This document shows, piece by piece, positions 19,501 to 27,338 of a stretch of 38,250 nucleotides of DNA. The stretch's first letter is position 1, and every line of letters starts with the position of its first letter. Source of the DNA: a bacterium (GTDB taxonomy: Bacteria > Hinthialibacterota > Hinthialibacteria > Hinthialibacterales > Hinthialibacteraceae); NCBI GenBank assembly GCA_041946805.1, contig JBHGBC010000047.1, positions 1-38,250 on the forward strand, written 5' to 3'. The notes under the pieces are model-generated. The model was not told where the DNA came from. It saw only the letters and a list, made by a program, of their open reading frames with translations, and ran no database searches. Position numbers and translations under genes: made by a program.

Positions 19501-19714
19501 GATCACGAAGCAGAATCTCGTATTCGATCGAATGCTTTCCGTCCTGATAGGCAAACGTATATTGGAGCGGTTCGGTCGAGGACTTCACCGTGCCGCGCCC
19601 GGCGGGATAGATCAGCGAGCCGAGCGGCGCGTACGCGTCCGGATCGCCATACCCGCCCGGGGGAGACAGCAGAAATCCGGCCATCGATAGTATCCAAAGA
19701 AACACTTTTTTCAT
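16529..19714 (-). CDS. large secreted hypothetical protein, possibly carbohydrate-active
   Basis: About 1060 aa with signal peptide MKKVFLWILSMAGFLL, AAGGTG RBS and a Pro/Ser/Glu-rich tail; about 20 nt upstream of the 946-aa gene. Confidence 0.7.
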   Translation of the reverse strand: MKKVFLWILSMAGFLLSPPGGYGDPDAYAPLGSLIYPAGRGTVKSSTEPLQYTFAYQDGKHSIEYEILLRDPTVIGGMISVRTSIDDKSRLIPIYQGGLIVQSATGSRLSPQDIFQLKTCQLADQALQGNTVHLFYEEELYGQKLKKEYAFSLRGKTLVIQASGDVTNSATASYVGFEFGKSRYTNNATILRLPACPIPAAHTNDSFFLSMYADPLLSTTGIYEGRTEVLNTRSIEVGNTPALLVPDASGRRPGLKVTAYVTISSNLADVLPVPPPRAAAPQISPRDRVFMDLHELPLVHRPWLPGGVIRRWEAPHSGTVSLKGAFALLRGDLATCEVYLLEEETGESALLFSQVLDPVTKPATGIEGNFPLEAGDQLLFASTGPAVMTGGDVGMNLVLRQGNDTYSSKADFSEEQGRQGWYYEQQIGPYRTLLIWNPGLKRWESPATRSYQTAERIVNRSGAVGDAFEEAQAFFDDLDFLGLRNLAFPLRDWSRHAGLDSSSAGGESEAVWGTSQNLLRLSQTLMDKGNQVIDVIGVSGILPAGASVPADIASATSPLAAAAQGGWLERSLSALQNEVAAANRVMYANGLLLDFPAGLERILGKVSPCQWLGLNDTTSPAVYSALRDWSASLRKSASGPLMMAWNDSTRRYDLYAASLFDALMIPSRTDSNALNLVEEELHVGRIYGPRIGFGTYSQYYQNPHGGEIIDLRLFPIDHYLASTLACGRIPYISSRVWFPGIEERVLRRYLLEAYCLLAPAAREYLDPANAVTGITYQAGDDTSLSVVEVIKKKKLNAIDRIAVQYANGLRIYANYRSKSWLAHPEEAAGFEIGNDGFLAWNGQTGLLAMTGVQGFRPYSVCQTPQSLFLHSRDGKLTRHGSLATDGMVYRRMNAYSAFPDMTSLAATEISLMDPMSPILRSNNRVDCAWRWRSSTLVELRIYHAEPSPTLLELFEFPSEWFQKDSPLTVERSGEGGVEKPPFQWYIVESNQRKGIRFTDIETGDRYAITFGAAGSPKSAPEPKPEIQSAPETMPDTLSMPASSESQPQSQPGDLTPSPLPE

Positions 19715-19753
19715 TGCACCTTTTTTCACGATCTGGAGTGGTGATGCTTTTGA

Positions 19754-19889
19754 GTAGGACGGGTTAGCGCTTCAGCGCGTATCCCATCACCATCCCCCTA
19801 GTCTCTCTTGATACCCTCTCCCTCCGGGGGCGAAGACCAGTGGGAGGGCAGCCCGTAGAATCGATAAGCGCTCCAGCGCGTAAGCCATC
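19754..19889 (+). repeat. two family B REPs flanking a degenerate family A copy
   Basis: gtaggacgggttagcgcttcagcgcgtatcccatc (19754-19788); family A-like 19814-19848; gtagaatcgataagcgctccagcgcgtaagccatc (19855-19889). Confidence 0.7.
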
Positions 19890-20053
19890 CTATCCCGGTC
19901 CTCTTCTTCATCCTGACCTTACGGATTCGAACAAAAATCCATCACCCCGCTTCCGCGTGTGTTGACTCTCCCCATGGGGGTATACAATATGAACGATTTC
20001 GAGAATCCTTCGGTCTCGTCACAATCCCAACGCCAGGTTCCCTTGGGCCCGCC

Positions 20054-20857
20054 ATGAGAAACATCCGGCTCGATTTGGAGTATGATGGACGAAACTATTA
20101 CGGGTGGCAATGGCAACCGGACCGGCCCACGATCGAGAAAACCGTCAAAGACGCCATTGAAAAAATCATCCGGCACACTATTATCCTCTATTCCTCCGGA
20201 CGGACCGACACCGGAGTCCACGCCGAGCAGCACGTGGCCCATTTTTTCTCCGAAACCCGGCTGGAGCCGCTTAGCTTGCTCCGGGGAATCAACGCCGTCC
20301 TGCCCCCGGATATCGTGGTCTACTCGGTGGTGGACATGCCCTTGGAATGGCGGGCCCGGCGGGACGCGCTGGACCGGGAATACCGCTACACGTTCTTCCG
20401 CCAGCCGGCTCCCAGCGCCCTGTTTCGCGATTATACCTATTGGGTGCGGGATGAGCTGGATGTGGAGGCGATGCGGGCCGCCGCCCGGTTCATCGTGGGG
20501 AAACACGACTTTTCCGCGTTTCGCAGCCTGCAGAGCGACGCCGAGCATGCCCGGCGGGAAATCTATGAACTGATCCTCCAGGAAAGGCCCCCTTTCTTGC
20601 ACCTTCGGATCCGCGGGACCGCGTTTCTGCGCCACCAGGTGCGCACCATTGGCGGAACCCTGCTGGAAGTGGGTCAAGGAAAACTCGACGCGGATCAAAT
20701 CCCGGAAATCCTGCAGTCCAAAGACCGGCGGCGGGCCGGACCTACCCTCCCCGCCCGTGGTTTGACCCTGGTGGCGGTGCGTTACGCCGGAGATGCGGAA
20801 CGCGGCGTGGAGGCTGCCCGCGCCTCGCGGTTTCATTTCCCCGGCTGGAATCCGTGA
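20054..20857 (+). CDS. truA: tRNA pseudouridine(38-40) synthase
   Basis: YDGRNYYGWQWQ, GRTDTGVHA, REYRY, GKHDFSAF, FLRHQVR, GPTLPARGL. Confidence 0.97.
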   Translation: MRNIRLDLEYDGRNYYGWQWQPDRPTIEKTVKDAIEKIIRHTIILYSSGRTDTGVHAEQHVAHFFSETRLEPLSLLRGINAVLPPDIVVYSVVDMPLEWRARRDALDREYRYTFFRQPAPSALFRDYTYWVRDELDVEAMRAAARFIVGKHDFSAFRSLQSDAEHARREIYELILQERPPFLHLRIRGTAFLRHQVRTIGGTLLEVGQGKLDADQIPEILQSKDRRRAGPTLPARGLTLVAVRYAGDAERGVEAARASRFHFPGWNP

Positions 20858-20952
20858 GACGCCGCCCGATCCGGTTCGCCTATGGGGACGAAGCCATATT
20901 CAAATGAACACGGTAAATATCCAATTATATATATTGGCGAAATCCCAAACTC

Positions 20953-20985
20953 CCCTCTCCCTCTGGGAGAGGGCCGGGGTGAGGG
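20953..20985 (+). repeat. REP-like palindrome, family A (full copy)
   Basis: CCCTCTCCCTCTGGGAGAGGGCCGGGGTGAGGG. Confidence 0.85.
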
Positions 20986-21102
20986 TAATCCATAAATCAG
21001 TCAATTGAATTGGGTTGGGATATAATACACATTAGAGAAGCAGATGCACGATGGGGAGGAAAAAGATCCGTTGCTCATTCAATATTTTATAACAGGTTCA
21101 TA

Positions 21103-21672
21103 ATGCTCAAGTTGACGAACTCTCAACAATCCTTCACGCTGATCGAACTGTTGGTCGTGGTGGCCATTATCAGCATTCTGGCCTCTATCGCGCTGCCCAA
21201 CTACCAACACGCCCAGGTGAAGGCCAAGGTGTCCGCCGCCTACGCGGAGATGAAGACCCTTTCCACCGTGGTCGAATCATACGCCCTCGACCATAACTGC
21301 TACCCGCTGGACGGCAACGACTACTTCGAACGCGACGAAGCCTTGTTCGATCAGGCGCGCATTCAAAAAGTCCTGACCACTCCCCTTGCCTATATTTCCG
21401 AAATCCCCGCCGACATTTTTCACACCAAGGAAAATCACACGGAGGATCCGAAACTCGCCCGGCATTTTCAATCCCGCCCTCCCTACCCCTATGTGTATTT
21501 CACCCGTGACAACTTTACGCTCAACCGCGGCACTCCCAAGGGCTATTTCATCTTCAGTTTTGGCCCCGACCTGTACTTCGACAATGATTCCACCGCTCCC
21601 GAGGAAGTCCTGAAATACGATCCCACCAACGGAATCATTTCCATCGGTGACCTGATCCGCAAAGGCCCCTGA
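21103..21672 (+). CDS. prepilin-type N-terminal cleavage/methylation domain protein (paralog 1)
   Basis: S-FTLIELLVVVAIISILASIALPNY; LTTPLAY, SFGPD, YDPTNG motifs. Confidence 0.9.
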   Translation: MLKLTNSQQSFTLIELLVVVAIISILASIALPNYQHAQVKAKVSAAYAEMKTLSTVVESYALDHNCYPLDGNDYFERDEALFDQARIQKVLTTPLAYISEIPADIFHTKENHTEDPKLARHFQSRPPYPYVYFTRDNFTLNRGTPKGYFIFSFGPDLYFDNDSTAPEEVLKYDPTNGIISIGDLIRKGP

Positions 21673-21697
21673 TCCGCCCTTCAAACCACCTATCGAC

Positions 21698-21981
21698 GTG
21701 GAATGAGTTCGCGCGCAGCGCGGAATCCGTCATCATCTCTCTTTCTCTTCTGATTCCCTCTCCCCTTGTGGAAGAGGGTCAGGATGAGGGTCTTTGTGAT
21801 GCCGGCATCTTGCCGGCAATGTCCTTTCCGTCCTTTTCGTCCTTATTAGATTCCTCCCCCGAAGAAAAGTAGGATTGGTTGAGGTTGAGCCGCGCGTAAC
21901 CCATCCTATCTTGATCATCTTGGTCATCCCGGCCATCCTGATTCAGGCAAAAATCCATTCCCTCTCCTCTCGTGGGAGAGG
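21698..21981 (+). repeat. mosaic intergenic repeat region (families B and A plus other modules)
   Basis: B-like at 21698-21731 and 21869-21905; A-like at 21756-21790 and 21960-21981; gccggcatcttgccggc hairpin; catcccggccatcctgattcaggcaa shared with 13515-13540. Confidence 0.7.
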
Positions 21982-22059
21982 AAAACCGGAAATCATCCAT
22001 GCAGTTGTATCAAATTGTAAAAACGAGGGATTGCCAACCGGGGGAACTCCGGTATATGC

Positions 22060-22088
22060 TTGACATTGAATGGAACAATACATAGACT
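22060..22088 (+). promoter_or_regulatory. sigma70-like promoter of prepilin paralog 2
   Basis: TTGACA, 17-nt spacer, TAGACT. Confidence 0.6.
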
Positions 22089-22149
22089 TTTTTGTTCCTC
22101 GCGACCGTTGAACACATTACCAATCTTGTCCTGGGGGTAATCGATCATT

Positions 22150-22860
22150 ATGACATTTTCCCGGAAGACTCAATACTCTTTCACCCTGATTGAATTGCTG
22201 ATCGTCGTGGCCATCATCGGGATTTTGGCGGCCATCGCCGTGCCCAACTTCCTCAACGCGCAAACCCGGGCCAAAATCGCCCGGTGTCACGCGGACATGA
22301 AATCCTTGACGACGGCCATCCAGTTGTTCACCACCGACCATAATAAAATGCTGGTGGACATCCGGGACGACGATACCACCATCGGCACCGACCGGATTCA
22401 AAAGGATTTTAACGGCGTCGGTTGGAACGGCGGATCGGGAAACCGGAACAACCTGGCGGTCCTCTCTCCCTTGACCACGCCGATCGCCTACATGAGTTCC
22501 ATCCCACGGGCGCCCTTCTTCCCGGCCCGGCTGTTCACTATCAACAGCGGCAACAACGAGGCCTTCGGCCGCATCGGCAACGACGCGTATGCCTATTGGG
22601 ATAACGATCCGGAAATCGCGGAACCGGCCGGCAACGACCACCAGGATTGGAACCTGAGCGCGCTGGGGCGGTACGTTCCCCGGTTGAAACCCTGGGACTT
22701 CATCCTGATTTCCTTCGGCCCCTCGGCCAACAGCGGCACCACCTTGAATTCAGGATTGCCTTACCACCCGTCGAACGGCCTGAACAGCAACGGCGAAATT
22801 TTCCTGACCAGCTATGGATTGACGAACGAAAACGCGTCCGACCGGAAAACGTATAACTAA
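22150..22860 (+). CDS. prepilin-type N-terminal cleavage/methylation domain protein (paralog 2)
   Basis: S-FTLIELLIVVAIIGILAAIAVPNFLNAQ; LTTPIAY, SFGPS, YHPSNG motifs. Confidence 0.92.
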   Translation: MTFSRKTQYSFTLIELLIVVAIIGILAAIAVPNFLNAQTRAKIARCHADMKSLTTAIQLFTTDHNKMLVDIRDDDTTIGTDRIQKDFNGVGWNGGSGNRNNLAVLSPLTTPIAYMSSIPRAPFFPARLFTINSGNNEAFGRIGNDAYAYWDNDPEIAEPAGNDHQDWNLSALGRYVPRLKPWDFILISFGPSANSGTTLNSGLPYHPSNGLNSNGEIFLTSYGLTNENASDRKTYN

Positions 22861-23009
22861 AGATCCTCAACGTCCCCTTTCCATTCCCATTAAGGGATAG
22901 TGCAGAGAAGTTGAATGGACCGGCGCAGGGCGCGTAATCCATAGCCATTTCCCAATATATTCATAGAAATAATCAATCCCTCCGGTGGCCCCCACGGGAG
23001 GGATATTTC

Positions 23010-23037
23010 TTGACATACCATCCTGATAGCCTAAAAT
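23010..23037 (+). promoter_or_regulatory. sigma70-like promoter of prepilin paralog 3
   Basis: TTGACA, 16-nt spacer, TAAAAT; preceded by an ATCCCTCC...GGAGGGAT hairpin (22976-23004). Confidence 0.6.
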
Positions 23038-23075
23038 CGAGGCGTATTTATCATTTTTCTCAATGAAAAGGGGAG

Positions 23076-23708
23076 ATGAAAATCATGCGAGGAAACGCAT
23101 CCAAGTCTGAAGGATTTACACTAATAGAATTATTGATCGTCGTCGCCATCATCGGCATCTTGGCGGCCATCGCCGTGCCCAACTTTCTCAACGCGCAAAT
23201 CCGAGCCAAGGCGGCCCGGACTTTTGCGGACATCAAAATGCTCTACGACCAAATCCATATCCGCAAATTTGACACCGGCCTCTGGCTGATCGACGGGAAC
23301 GATGCCGGGGATGAAAAATGCACCCTGCGGGGAGGATACAGTTTTTGGGGTAAGACGCCCGCTCAAGTCGGCGTCAAGACCAATGGGCTGGGAGATAATC
23401 ATTGGAACGGCCGGATTATGGAACAACTGACCACTCCCGTGGCCTATATTTCCTCCATCCCCTTGGATCCCTTCGCCAAGGGGCTTTTCTATGGCTACGA
23501 AGACCGGGATTGTTCGAATACGGTGGGCAGCCATTGGCTATTGTTCGCGGCCGGGCCGGATGGGGATTACGGCGACTGGTACACCAACCGCAAAGCCATG
23601 CCCTATGCCCCCAGCAATGGCGTGGCTTCCAACGGCGACGTTTGGAAAGCGTATAAACTGAAGGGCAATCTGTGGGAAGAAATCGGCTTGTTCGATACGT
23701 ATTTTTAA
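23076..23708 (+). CDS. prepilin-type N-terminal cleavage/methylation domain protein (paralog 3)
   Basis: G-FTLIELLIVVAIIGILAAIAVPNFLNAQ; LTTPVAY, AAGPD, YAPSNG motifs; RBS AAGGGGAG. Confidence 0.92.
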   Translation: MKIMRGNASKSEGFTLIELLIVVAIIGILAAIAVPNFLNAQIRAKAARTFADIKMLYDQIHIRKFDTGLWLIDGNDAGDEKCTLRGGYSFWGKTPAQVGVKTNGLGDNHWNGRIMEQLTTPVAYISSIPLDPFAKGLFYGYEDRDCSNTVGSHWLLFAAGPDGDYGDWYTNRKAMPYAPSNGVASNGDVWKAYKLKGNLWEEIGLFDTYF

Positions 23709-23912
23709 AAACGTATTTTTAAAAATGGAGATTATCGGCGGTTCCACCGATACGTGATTGTCTTTAGAGTGTACTTAGGCTCTGTTGAGTTTCGTGGCGA
23801 GTAATTCCCTGAATATCAACACGGTTGGTTCTTCCGATAAGTGCATACCATAGGTAGTACAATTGATTCCATTCGCCCCTGAATGACGGAACGGTAAAAA
23901 AGTCTCCTCATG

Positions 23913-23969
23913 GTGGTGCAAACATCTTGCCTGCGCAATATATGGTTGCAGGCAGGATGCCTGCACCAC
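23913..23969. repeat. long inverted repeat (REP doublet)
   Basis: gtggtgcaaacatcttgcctgc ... gcaggcaggatgcctgcaccac, 22-bp imperfect arms. Confidence 0.7.
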
Positions 23970-24057
23970 AATGTAAGGAACATATCAGTTGCATTTCACT
24001 TTTTGCCGGAGCGTCCTGAATGAGAGCGGACACCCTGATCGGATCCTACAAATAATT

Positions 24058-24090
24058 CCCTCACCCCGGCCCTCTCCCAGAGGGAGAGGG
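24058..24090 (-). repeat. REP-like palindrome, family A (reverse orientation)
   Basis: CCCTCACCCCGGCCCTCTCCCAGAGGGAGAGGG is the exact reverse complement of 20953-20985. Confidence 0.85.
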
Positions 24091-24201
24091 GATTAGGGGA
24101 TTGATCTCCCCGGCCAGCCCGATTGAAGGGCGGCACGACATGGTTGATAAAAAGCAAGCACTTACCGGATGAACCGTTTTTCTCAAATCCCGTGCCCGGT
24201 C

Positions 24202-24486
24202 TCAGGGAGCTTTCTCGCCTGCTTCTTCATCCGGGAAGATAATGCCACCCTCGGGCGGGGTGGAAACTTGAGTGATGATTTCCTCCGCCTTGTCCCTGTC
24301 CTCTTCCAACACCAAAATCCGCGAATGGCCGTGCGTTTCCTCGAACAATCCATCAAAGGCCTCGTCGTGAAAACTCTGGACCACGTAGCGGATGCCCGCG
24401 TCCTCCAGGGCGCCCGTGATCAGGGTTTCATGAACCTCGTCGTTGGTGGTGCATACAGGGACCAGGTTTTCATCGGCATAATCCAT
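24202..24486 (-). CDS. DUF2007 / putative signal-transducing small protein
   Basis: 94 aa; LITGALEDAGIRYVV...ILVLEEDRDKAEEII pattern; GGGAGA RBS. Confidence 0.75.
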   Translation of the reverse strand: MDYADENLVPVCTTNDEVHETLITGALEDAGIRYVVQSFHDEAFDGLFEETHGHSRILVLEEDRDKAEEIITQVSTPPEGGIIFPDEEAGEKAP

Positions 24487-24571
24487 GAGCGACTCTCCCT
24501 ATACAAGAAATAGGCTCGACGTTTTCTCCTAACTAGAGTACCTGCTTTTCCCTCCAAGAGCGAGCGCTGCG

Positions 24572-25273
24572 TCACTTTCCCGGCCGGGGCGTGGATTCCT
24601 TTTTCGTGGGAATCCGCAGCCGGATATCCCGAAAGTCAACCCGGCTGAAGGGATCATGGGCCTGGAACGCGATGAATCCCCGGGTAAACGCGCTATCGGT
24701 GGCGTCCACCACGGTCTCGCCGTTGATCTGGATCTGGATCCGCGGCCCCACCGCCGATATGCGCATCGCGAACCATTCCTCGTCCGCGATCCGGGGATTC
24801 GTGACGTGAACCCGTTTATACAAACTGCCTGTGTAATTTTTCGGATCGTGATTGTCCACCTGCGCTTCATAGCCCAAGGGCCAGGGCCGCAATCCGATCC
24901 CCGGATGACGCGACCGGAAAAATATGCCGCTGTTGCCCTGTTCACTCACCCGGACATCCAAAGATAATATGAAATCCTCCCACGCGTCACACCGCGTGGC
25001 GAGATACCCGATTCCGCGCCGGACCGTGATCACTCCCTCCTTCACCGTCCACTTCCCCAAACCATGCGCCGCCCACCCGGACAGGTCGCGGCCATTGAAA
25101 AGCGCGATCTCTGAATCCGGCTCCCTTTTCTCCGCGAAAACCCGGAGAGCCTCCTCGAATTCCCGGTCACGTCCCGGGAAAGTCGAACACATGCCCGCAA
25201 AAAGCAGCAATCCGATTCCCAGCGCGGCGGCGGCGCCCCGCGTCCGCCTGCCACCGAGTACTTGGTGCGCCAT
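24572..25273 (-). CDS. DUF1080 (3-keto-disaccharide hydrolase family) protein
   Basis: LFNGRDLSGW, GNSGIFFR, GYEAQV, TGSLY, GFIAFQAHD, FRDIRL. Confidence 0.92.
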   Translation of the reverse strand: MAHQVLGGRRTRGAAAALGIGLLLFAGMCSTFPGRDREFEEALRVFAEKREPDSEIALFNGRDLSGWAAHGLGKWTVKEGVITVRRGIGYLATRCDAWEDFILSLDVRVSEQGNSGIFFRSRHPGIGLRPWPLGYEAQVDNHDPKNYTGSLYKRVHVTNPRIADEEWFAMRISAVGPRIQIQINGETVVDATDSAFTRGFIAFQAHDPFSRVDFRDIRLRIPTKKESTPRPGK

Positions 25274-25447
25274 GAAAAAAACCTCCTTCGAACTTGACTG
25301 GAATGCGCCCAGGGAATACGCCGGTTTCTCTCCAGAGAAGGGAAACTTGAATCGCCAAGGATTGCTTGATCTCTCACGGATATCATTTCAATCTCTTCCT
25401 GGAATCCCGTCCAGCCTTTCCTTCCGCGCTGGAATCCATATGCATGA

Positions 25448-25476
25448 TTGACTGAAACCCGGGAGACGGATATTCT
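25448..25476 (+). promoter_or_regulatory. sigma70-like promoter of the Fur-family regulator
   Basis: TTGACT, 17-nt spacer, TATTCT. Confidence 0.5.
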
Positions 25477-25514
25477 CAAGCAAGTCCAAATCCAGAATCT
25501 TGGGTAGAATTCAC

Positions 25515-25976
25515 GTGAAAAAACGGCCGCCATCCGAAATTGATGCCCGGATCCGCCATTTTACCACCCTCTGCCGGCAACGAGGTTTGAAGGTAACGCC
25601 GCAACGTCTCGAAATCTTCCGCTCCCTGCTGGAGGTCATCGATCATCCCACCGCGGAGGAACTCTATTCCCGTATCCGCCAAAAACTGCCCACGGTCTCC
25701 ATCGATACCGTCTACCGCACCCTGAGCTTGTTTGAAGATTACGGCTTGATCTACCGCGTGCAATGCCTGTCCGACAAGGGACGCTACGATTCCAACATGG
25801 ACAATCATCATCACTTCATCTGCATGAAATGCAAAAAAATCGAAGACTTTTTCTGGCCCGAATTCGATGCGCTTCCCCTCCCCCTCTCCGCGCGCATGTT
25901 TGGAAAAATCAACCTGGAACGAGTGGTATTACGCGGTATTTGCCCGGATTGCGAAAATCAAGCACCTAAAAAATAA
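25515..25976 (+). CDS. Fur/PerR family transcriptional regulator
   Basis: GLKVTPQR, DHPTAEE, TVYRTL, RYDSN..HHHFICMKC, CPDC; GTG start inferred. Confidence 0.93.
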   Translation: MKKRPPSEIDARIRHFTTLCRQRGLKVTPQRLEIFRSLLEVIDHPTAEELYSRIRQKLPTVSIDTVYRTLSLFEDYGLIYRVQCLSDKGRYDSNMDNHHHFICMKCKKIEDFFWPEFDALPLPLSARMFGKINLERVVLRGICPDCENQAPKK

Positions 25977-26020
25977 ATACTGAAGATCGATTGACAACCC
26001 CCCCCATTTTATGCTTAGAT

Positions 26021-26039
26021 AATGCGAATTGTTCTTATT
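26021..26039. promoter_or_regulatory. Fur/PerR-box-like operator
   Basis: AATGCGAAT-T-GTTCTTATT matches 15/18 positions of the 9-1-9 dyad AATGAGAATnATTCTCATT; TTGACA at 25991-25996. Confidence 0.65.
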
Positions 26040-26135
26040 TATGATTTATTTGCAACAAGCTGGCGTTTCAGGCTCCTCCGCTTCCCGCCGGCGGTGAGGG
26101 GATGCCACAATCCAGACTGAAGGGAATTAACACAC

Positions 26136-27308
26136 ATGGACGCGCAACGACAGAAAAAGATCCACTTTGGGGCGCTTCTCTGCCTGGCCGCTTTCCTCGG
26201 CGCGCAGGGCGGAGGCGGTGGTCCGCAAACTACCGCTCCCGGCGGAGCGGGAGACCGCGGGGCGGTACCCCTGGGATTGCCCCCAGTGGAATACCCCGCG
26301 GAGAATCCACAGACCCCCGCCAAGATCGCCTTGGGGGAGAAATTGTTTTTGGACACCCGGTTCAGCTCCACCGGGGCAGTAAGTTGCTCCACTTGCCACG
26401 ATCCCAAGAAAACCTTCACGGACAGTCCCTTGAAAGTCTCGGAAGGCATTCTGAAGCTCACGGGAACCCGCAACGCCCCCACCGTGGTAAACGCGGCTTA
26501 TATGCAAACGCAATTCTGGGATGGCCGTTCTCCCTCCCTGGAGGACCAGGCGTTGCATCCCCCCGTCAATCCGGTGGAGATGGGGCTGAAGGATCATCAG
26601 CCCATCCTGGATATCGTGCGATCCGATCCGGAGTACGTCAGTCAATTTAAAGAAGTATTCAACAAAAGCGGGGACGCCGTCACCATGACGGAGGTGACGC
26701 AAGCCATCGCCGCCTTCGAACGGACCATCATCTCCGGCAATACGCCTTTCGACCGGTGGTTTTACGGCGGCGAAGCGGACGCGCTGACTCCGGCGCAGCT
26801 ACGGGGCTATCACCTGTTCATCAACGAAGGACGCTGCGTTTCCTGCCACGTCATCGAACAAACCCAGGCGTTGTTCACCGACAACCGGTTCCATAACATC
26901 GGTGTGGGGATCAATGCCATCCAGGGCCAGGTACCCAAACTGGCGCGGGAATTTCTGAAGGCCGAAGCCACGGCCGCGGAAGTGGACAAAAAAGTCCTCT
27001 CCGACAAACGGACCTCGGAACTCGGCCGTTTTGTCCTCTCCCGGGATTTCGACGATCTGGGCTCGTTCAAAACCCCGACGTTGAGGAACGTAGCTGTGAC
27101 CGCTCCCTACATGCACGATGGCAGTTTGGCCACCCTGCGCGAAGTAGTGGTGCATTACAACAACGGCGGAGTGACCGAACCGGGCGATCCGGTCAACGAT
27201 TTTCTCAGCGGCGGGATCCGGCCCCTGAACCTGACCGACGAAGAGATCGATGACCTGGTGGCCTTCATGGAAGCGCTCACCAGCCCGGAATACGCGCCGA
27301 AAAATTGA
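26136..27308 (+). CDS. diheme cytochrome c peroxidase/MauG-family protein, His/Tyr type
   Basis: Signal peptide; CSTCH and CVSCH; RNAPT, QFWDGR, FKTPTLRNVAVTAPYMHDGS; Tyr at the MauG distal-ligand position (VVVHY). Confidence 0.93.
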   Translation: MDAQRQKKIHFGALLCLAAFLGAQGGGGGPQTTAPGGAGDRGAVPLGLPPVEYPAENPQTPAKIALGEKLFLDTRFSSTGAVSCSTCHDPKKTFTDSPLKVSEGILKLTGTRNAPTVVNAAYMQTQFWDGRSPSLEDQALHPPVNPVEMGLKDHQPILDIVRSDPEYVSQFKEVFNKSGDAVTMTEVTQAIAAFERTIISGNTPFDRWFYGGEADALTPAQLRGYHLFINEGRCVSCHVIEQTQALFTDNRFHNIGVGINAIQGQVPKLAREFLKAEATAAEVDKKVLSDKRTSELGRFVLSRDFDDLGSFKTPTLRNVAVTAPYMHDGSLATLREVVVHYNNGGVTEPGDPVNDFLSGGIRPLNLTDEEIDDLVAFMEALTSPEYAPKN

Positions 27309-27338
27309 GTGAAACGCCTGGAAAACAAGGAGGCCATC

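Noticed and set aside
19962..19988. TTGACT...TACAAT promoter upstream of truA
   Set aside because: The spacer is only 15 nt; plausible but not supported well enough to call.
21103..23708. Diversity-generating retroelement acting on the pilin paralogs
   Set aside because: No reverse transcriptase and no template/variable repeat pair with adenine-specific differences; divergence includes indels.
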